This document shows positions 60,641-64,000 of a stretch of 64,000 nucleotides of DNA, one piece after another. The notes below the pieces were generated by a model. It was not told where the DNA came from. It searched no databases and saw only the letters and a program-made list of their open reading frames with translations. Each line of letters starts with the position of its first letter. The stretch's first letter is position 1. The DNA is taken from the NCBI GenBank assembly GCA_951406725.2, contig OX597836.1, positions 29,202,001 to 29,266,000 on the forward strand, written 5' to 3'. This DNA comes from Octopus vulgaris (taxonomy: Eukaryota). A program made the position numbers and the translations under genes.

Positions 60641-61942
60641 ACATTTATTATTGCTAAGCAAGGTACGTTTTGGTTTTTGCAAAATTACCCCTTCCTCCTC
60701 TTACGACTACAGGGTCGATATAATCGATTAGTCCCCTCCCCTCAAAATTTTAGGCCTTGTGCCTATAGTAGAAATAATAACAATGACAATTCTTTCTACT
60801 AAAGGCACAAGGGCTTGGAATTTTGTTGGGTAAAGGGGCTGGTCGCTTACATCGACACTCTACAGCTCAGCTTGTTCTTATTCTGTTAAGAATCTTATAC
60901 GTAAGCAGAGTATACGTACTCTTTTATTAGTTGAGCGCTATGGGGGGAGGGCCTGACACCCCAAGGGATTCGTGCCAAGGTACTTGTCAAACTCGTTACT
61001 ATTATCAGTCCGAACGAGGTCGATTTTACCTTTTATCCTTTCGGGGTCGATAAAATAGATACCAGTTAAGTACTGGGGTCGATGTAAACGACTGTCTCCC
61101 CACCTCAAAATTTCTAGCCTTTTGCCTATAGTAGAAAGGTTTATTAACAAACGGACAAAACCCTTCGTAACCTTTCGTCCTGTTTTGTCCCTTTATGTTT
61201 TCTAATCATATTTGTCAGCCCTTGTGGCCAATAAAAAGAATTAATTATTATTATTATTATTATTATTAATCAGAGAAATCTGTTGTTTTTTCTAATCATT
61301 TTTATCCTTAATTTTCTACAGAAGTTGCTTACGCAACCTAAATACATATCGTAATATTTGATTTAATTTAAAATACTCTGGTTATAATCAGTTTTATTAA
61401 ACCAAAAAAAAAACACCAACATTTATTTCTCTAAATATATCCACCTTTTACACGGGTCTTACACGTCAGATTACTCATCGCTCGGGCAGTAACATGAGCA
61501 CTGAGCATTCACATTAGTGTTTCCTCACAGATCAACCCACGACGAGTAACATGCTCCTAATTAGAGGCATTCCAGCCATAGCCATCCTTAATTTTTTTTT
61601 CAGGTAGTGTATTGAGGACTACGCTTTTTGTTTTGTAAGTTAGTAAAGAGAGATCTGAGAGAGGTTTGGTTGCTTATTGCTCATTGATTAAATAATCACG
61701 CAGAGAATCCGTCCCTTGTTGGTTTACTTATGTCAATGTGCGTATGTGCATTTCTGTGTCTCACACTATACATACATCCATAAAACATTATATATATATT
61801 TATTGAGAGCGAGATTTATACAGCTCTTCACAAAGTAATGTGTGTGTATGCATATATTCATGCATAAATATATGCATCTGTGAGTGGGTGCATATATATA
61901 TATTATGGATGCACATATGTAGACGTATATAGGTGTGTTCAT

Positions 61943-61983
<41 letters not shown>

Positions 61984-62689
61984 GATATATGCATGTGAAT
62001 ATAAATGTATATGATTAGTTTAAGGGAGATTTGGCTGCTATTGTCCAGCGGTAGACCTGTCTTGGCTCATTTCACTTGGTTGTTGTTTAACCTTAAGTTA
62101 GCTCTAATGGAGCAGGCCTTTGATAAAAAAAATGAAATTCCAGCTTTGTTTACCTCCTCTATCTAGGGTACCTAATATGTACTTCATTTTTTAAACGTTG
62201 TGATTGAGTTGAGTAAAGAGTTGACTGCCATTTCTAGCAGGTGCGGCGGCTATGTCTAAATGCTGGGTCAACCAGACCTGTAATAATAATTAAAAAAAAT
62301 GTTCCACCAATGACCATATTGTCTTTCTGTCATACATCGTACATTATCCAACAGTAAAGTATTTTAAAGTGATTTGGTTGCTATTTCTTGCAAGTCCAAC
62401 GACTTCATAGAACCTCACATAACTGGCAAAACAGTTTTTATCGTGACAGAATTAACAGTGGAAAATCTTGTTTATCATATGTGCAAAATGAACAAAGCTA
62501 AACTTTTTTTCCTCGGTTCGTTTAGTCAATTAGAAGTACTTTATCGTGTATAAGTCACGCCCTAGTATAAAATAGTCTGACTTATACTGACTTATACAGT
62601 GTGTATGTGTACCGTTTTTATTCGTGTATAAACCGCACACCTAATTTAGTGTTAAATTTTGGGGAATAATCTATACAAGTGTGTCTACA

Positions 62690-62878
62690 CCTCCCCTACT
62701 TGATTTCTTCATAACTTCCAGAAAAATGGTTGTTTTTTAATAAAATTTTCTACAAATACCTTTAAGATGGTGTAGATAGCAATTATATCGAAATTTAATG
62801 TGAAAAAAAAAATTAATAAATTGGTGGGCTCGCATACACAAAATATTTGAAATTTTGGAAAAATTATGTAATGTGTGT

Positions 62879-62912
<34 letters not shown>

Positions 62913-63055
62913 CCACCAATTTTTAAAGATTGTTTTTTTTTTTCACATTAAATATAATTGTAATCCACATCACCTAAAAAGGTATTTGTAGAAAATTTCA
63001 TTAGAAATTTAATTTCTTCTGGAACTTAGGAACTAAAGCCCAGGATGGAGGGGGG
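62690..63055. mobile_element. Foldback MITE with central (TG)n
   Basis: Inverted arms aaattttctacaaatacctt..aattggtggg / cccaccaatt..aaggtatttgtagaaaattt; same layout at 27040-27410. Confidence 0.7.
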
Positions 63056-63244
63056 GGTCCCAATTTTTCCTCAAATAAAATCAAATTGTACGACTTATAA
63101 ACGAGTAAATATGGTTTGTGTGTATGTATAATATATAATATATATATATAGTATTAATTAACAGATGGATTCAGTATTAAACCTTTACTGGGTACTCAAC
63201 ATTTAAACACACTATTCGACTCACACTGTCCAAATTATTTATTG

Positions 63245-63293
<49 letters not shown>

Positions 63294-63295
<2 letters not shown>

Positions 63296-63404
63296 CCTGC
63301 TCGCTTAGCCAGCGGGGTGGCGTCATTTGAAGGCTAAAACAATGCGAAGCGCATTGTGACCAGCGATGTGTAGCAACATCTGATGGTCTGGTCGGTCACA
63401 GTGA
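63294..63404 (+). mobile_element. 111-bp element inside (TA)n
   Basis: Second copy of 49369-49479. Confidence 0.75.
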
Positions 63405-64000
63405 TATATATATATATAGTATATAATTGTGGTGTAGAAGTCCATCTCTAATTTAGTGTTAAACCTTGATATAAAAAATTTCCTTTCATAGTTTTAACCT
63501 CTGTTGAAATATGCTGCCTTTCTTTCAATTAATATTGAAAGTAAGGAATTCATTTAAAGTAATTTTGTCATTATGAAACTGGTGTTTGAAACAATAATTA
63601 AGAACTTTTGAAGGAAGGTTTTTAGACCACTTTATAACAAGAACTTTGTATCATAGAATCGAGGGCGGTTTCAGACAGGTTGGTATCAAAAGGGTTAAAA
63701 TGGAGTGCAGAATAGTGCGTCTTATAAACAAGTACAATAATGTAGTCCCGTTTGGTTAAAATGTGACTTGATCTGAGAACCTTGTGTCGAAACTAAAGTA
63801 GTTTATATCAATGAAGAACCATTTTAGCCATAGCAGAAGACACTTGCCCAAGATGCCACGCTATGGGACTGAACCCCAAATCGCGTGGTTGCAAAGCGAG
63901 CTTCTTAACCTCACAGCCATGAGCTAGTATTCTATTCTAAACATTATGAGGGTTTGAAAACTAAAATTATTCTTCAGGATTATTCCACTATTTTTTCTTC

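Overview
AT-rich, repeat-dense animal genomic DNA. The SINE families and microsatellite load suggest an octopus (coleoid cephalopod); this is my inference from recognised repeats, not a database result. I can reconstruct two intron-containing + strand genes by hand, and the ORF track shows them only as fragments. (1) A 4-exon, 140-aa intracellular lipid-binding protein of the FABP/CRBP family (11758-20124), with the canonical intron phases but without the fatty-acid-binding Arg/Arg/Tyr triad. (2) A 4-exon, 225-aa mitochondrial fission factor, Mff (27820-41088). A probable promoter and first exon of a third gene lies near 59000-59390. The rest is mostly transposable elements, often nested: a decayed Helitron RepHel, three non-autonomous Helitrons with swapped ends, a decayed RTE LINE, mariner, Penelope and Chapaev3-like relics, MITEs of Merlin-, piggyBac-, Tc1/pogo- and hAT-type, and many tRNA-derived SINEs. 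There are also microsatellites and an interstitial TTAGGG/TTTAGGG array. Most short ORFs in the track are SINE or microsatellite artefacts. I found no unambiguous new multi-gene system. The best leads are the divergent iLBP pocket, the Mff splice and phosphosite features, degenerate hammerhead-like motifs, and a 111-bp element found only inside (TA)n. All coordinates were counted by eye, and repeat boundaries without a TSD are approximate.
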